In this document: in pieces, positions 63,780-64,000 of the stretch | How the letters are laid out: the number at the start of each line of letters is the position of its first letter | Position numbering within the stretch: the stretch's first letter is position 1 | Assembly (NCBI GenBank): GCA_951406725.2 | Contig: OX597838.1 | Span: 8,308,001 to 8,372,000 of the forward strand | Origin: Octopus vulgaris | Lineage: Eukaryota | DNA length: 64,000 bases | Direction of reading: 5' to 3' | The notes under the pieces: generated by a model | The model's database searches: none | What the model was told of the DNA's origin: nothing | What the model saw: only the letters and a program-made list of their open reading frames with translations | Program-made: the position numbers and the translations under genes

Positions 63780-64000
63780 CAAAAGTAAGCTTCATTTCTC
63801 TACATCTAAATAGGCGTTATTTGTACAATATAAACAACCATTGTTTATTGCTGTATATCGGATCGAATTTTTTTTTTCGTTAATGCAATCATAACCAAAA
63901 ATGGTGTCGCTGTTGCTCCTGTTGCTAATCGTGATGGTGGTGGCGGCGGTCGTGGTAGTGGTGGTGGTGAGGGGGTCATCTGTTTTCCATAAATGTGATA

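Overview
AT-rich, extremely microsatellite-dense metazoan DNA. The repeat repertoire (several tRNA-derived SINE families, mariner and DD37D/maT relics, R4/Dong- and RTE-clade LINE 3' fragments, huge TA/CA/GATA/CATA tracts) fits a coleoid cephalopod (Octopus-like) intron or gene desert; the taxon is an inference. I found no supportable host protein-coding exon. Almost all listed ORFs are translations of simple repeats, and the only real protein homologies are decayed transposon genes. The most notable signal is a set of short non-coding elements, from at least four unrelated sequence families, mostly lodged at (TA)n tracts. Each carries a type I hammerhead-ribozyme (HHR) fold with a palindromic stem III. 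One 835-bp element (23621-24455) has two HHRs 497 nt apart in direct repeats plus an inverted 5' arm, i.e. Penelope-like pLTR / retrozyme-like architecture. Several cores are non-canonical. Also seen: a SINE inserted as a head-to-tail dimer with a recurrent junction, a co-oriented CTCF-motif cluster, promoter/enhancer-like unique islands, a 22-bp pre-miRNA-like hairpin, and strong strand bias of microsatellites. SINE labels A-F are my own; element boundaries are by-eye estimates.
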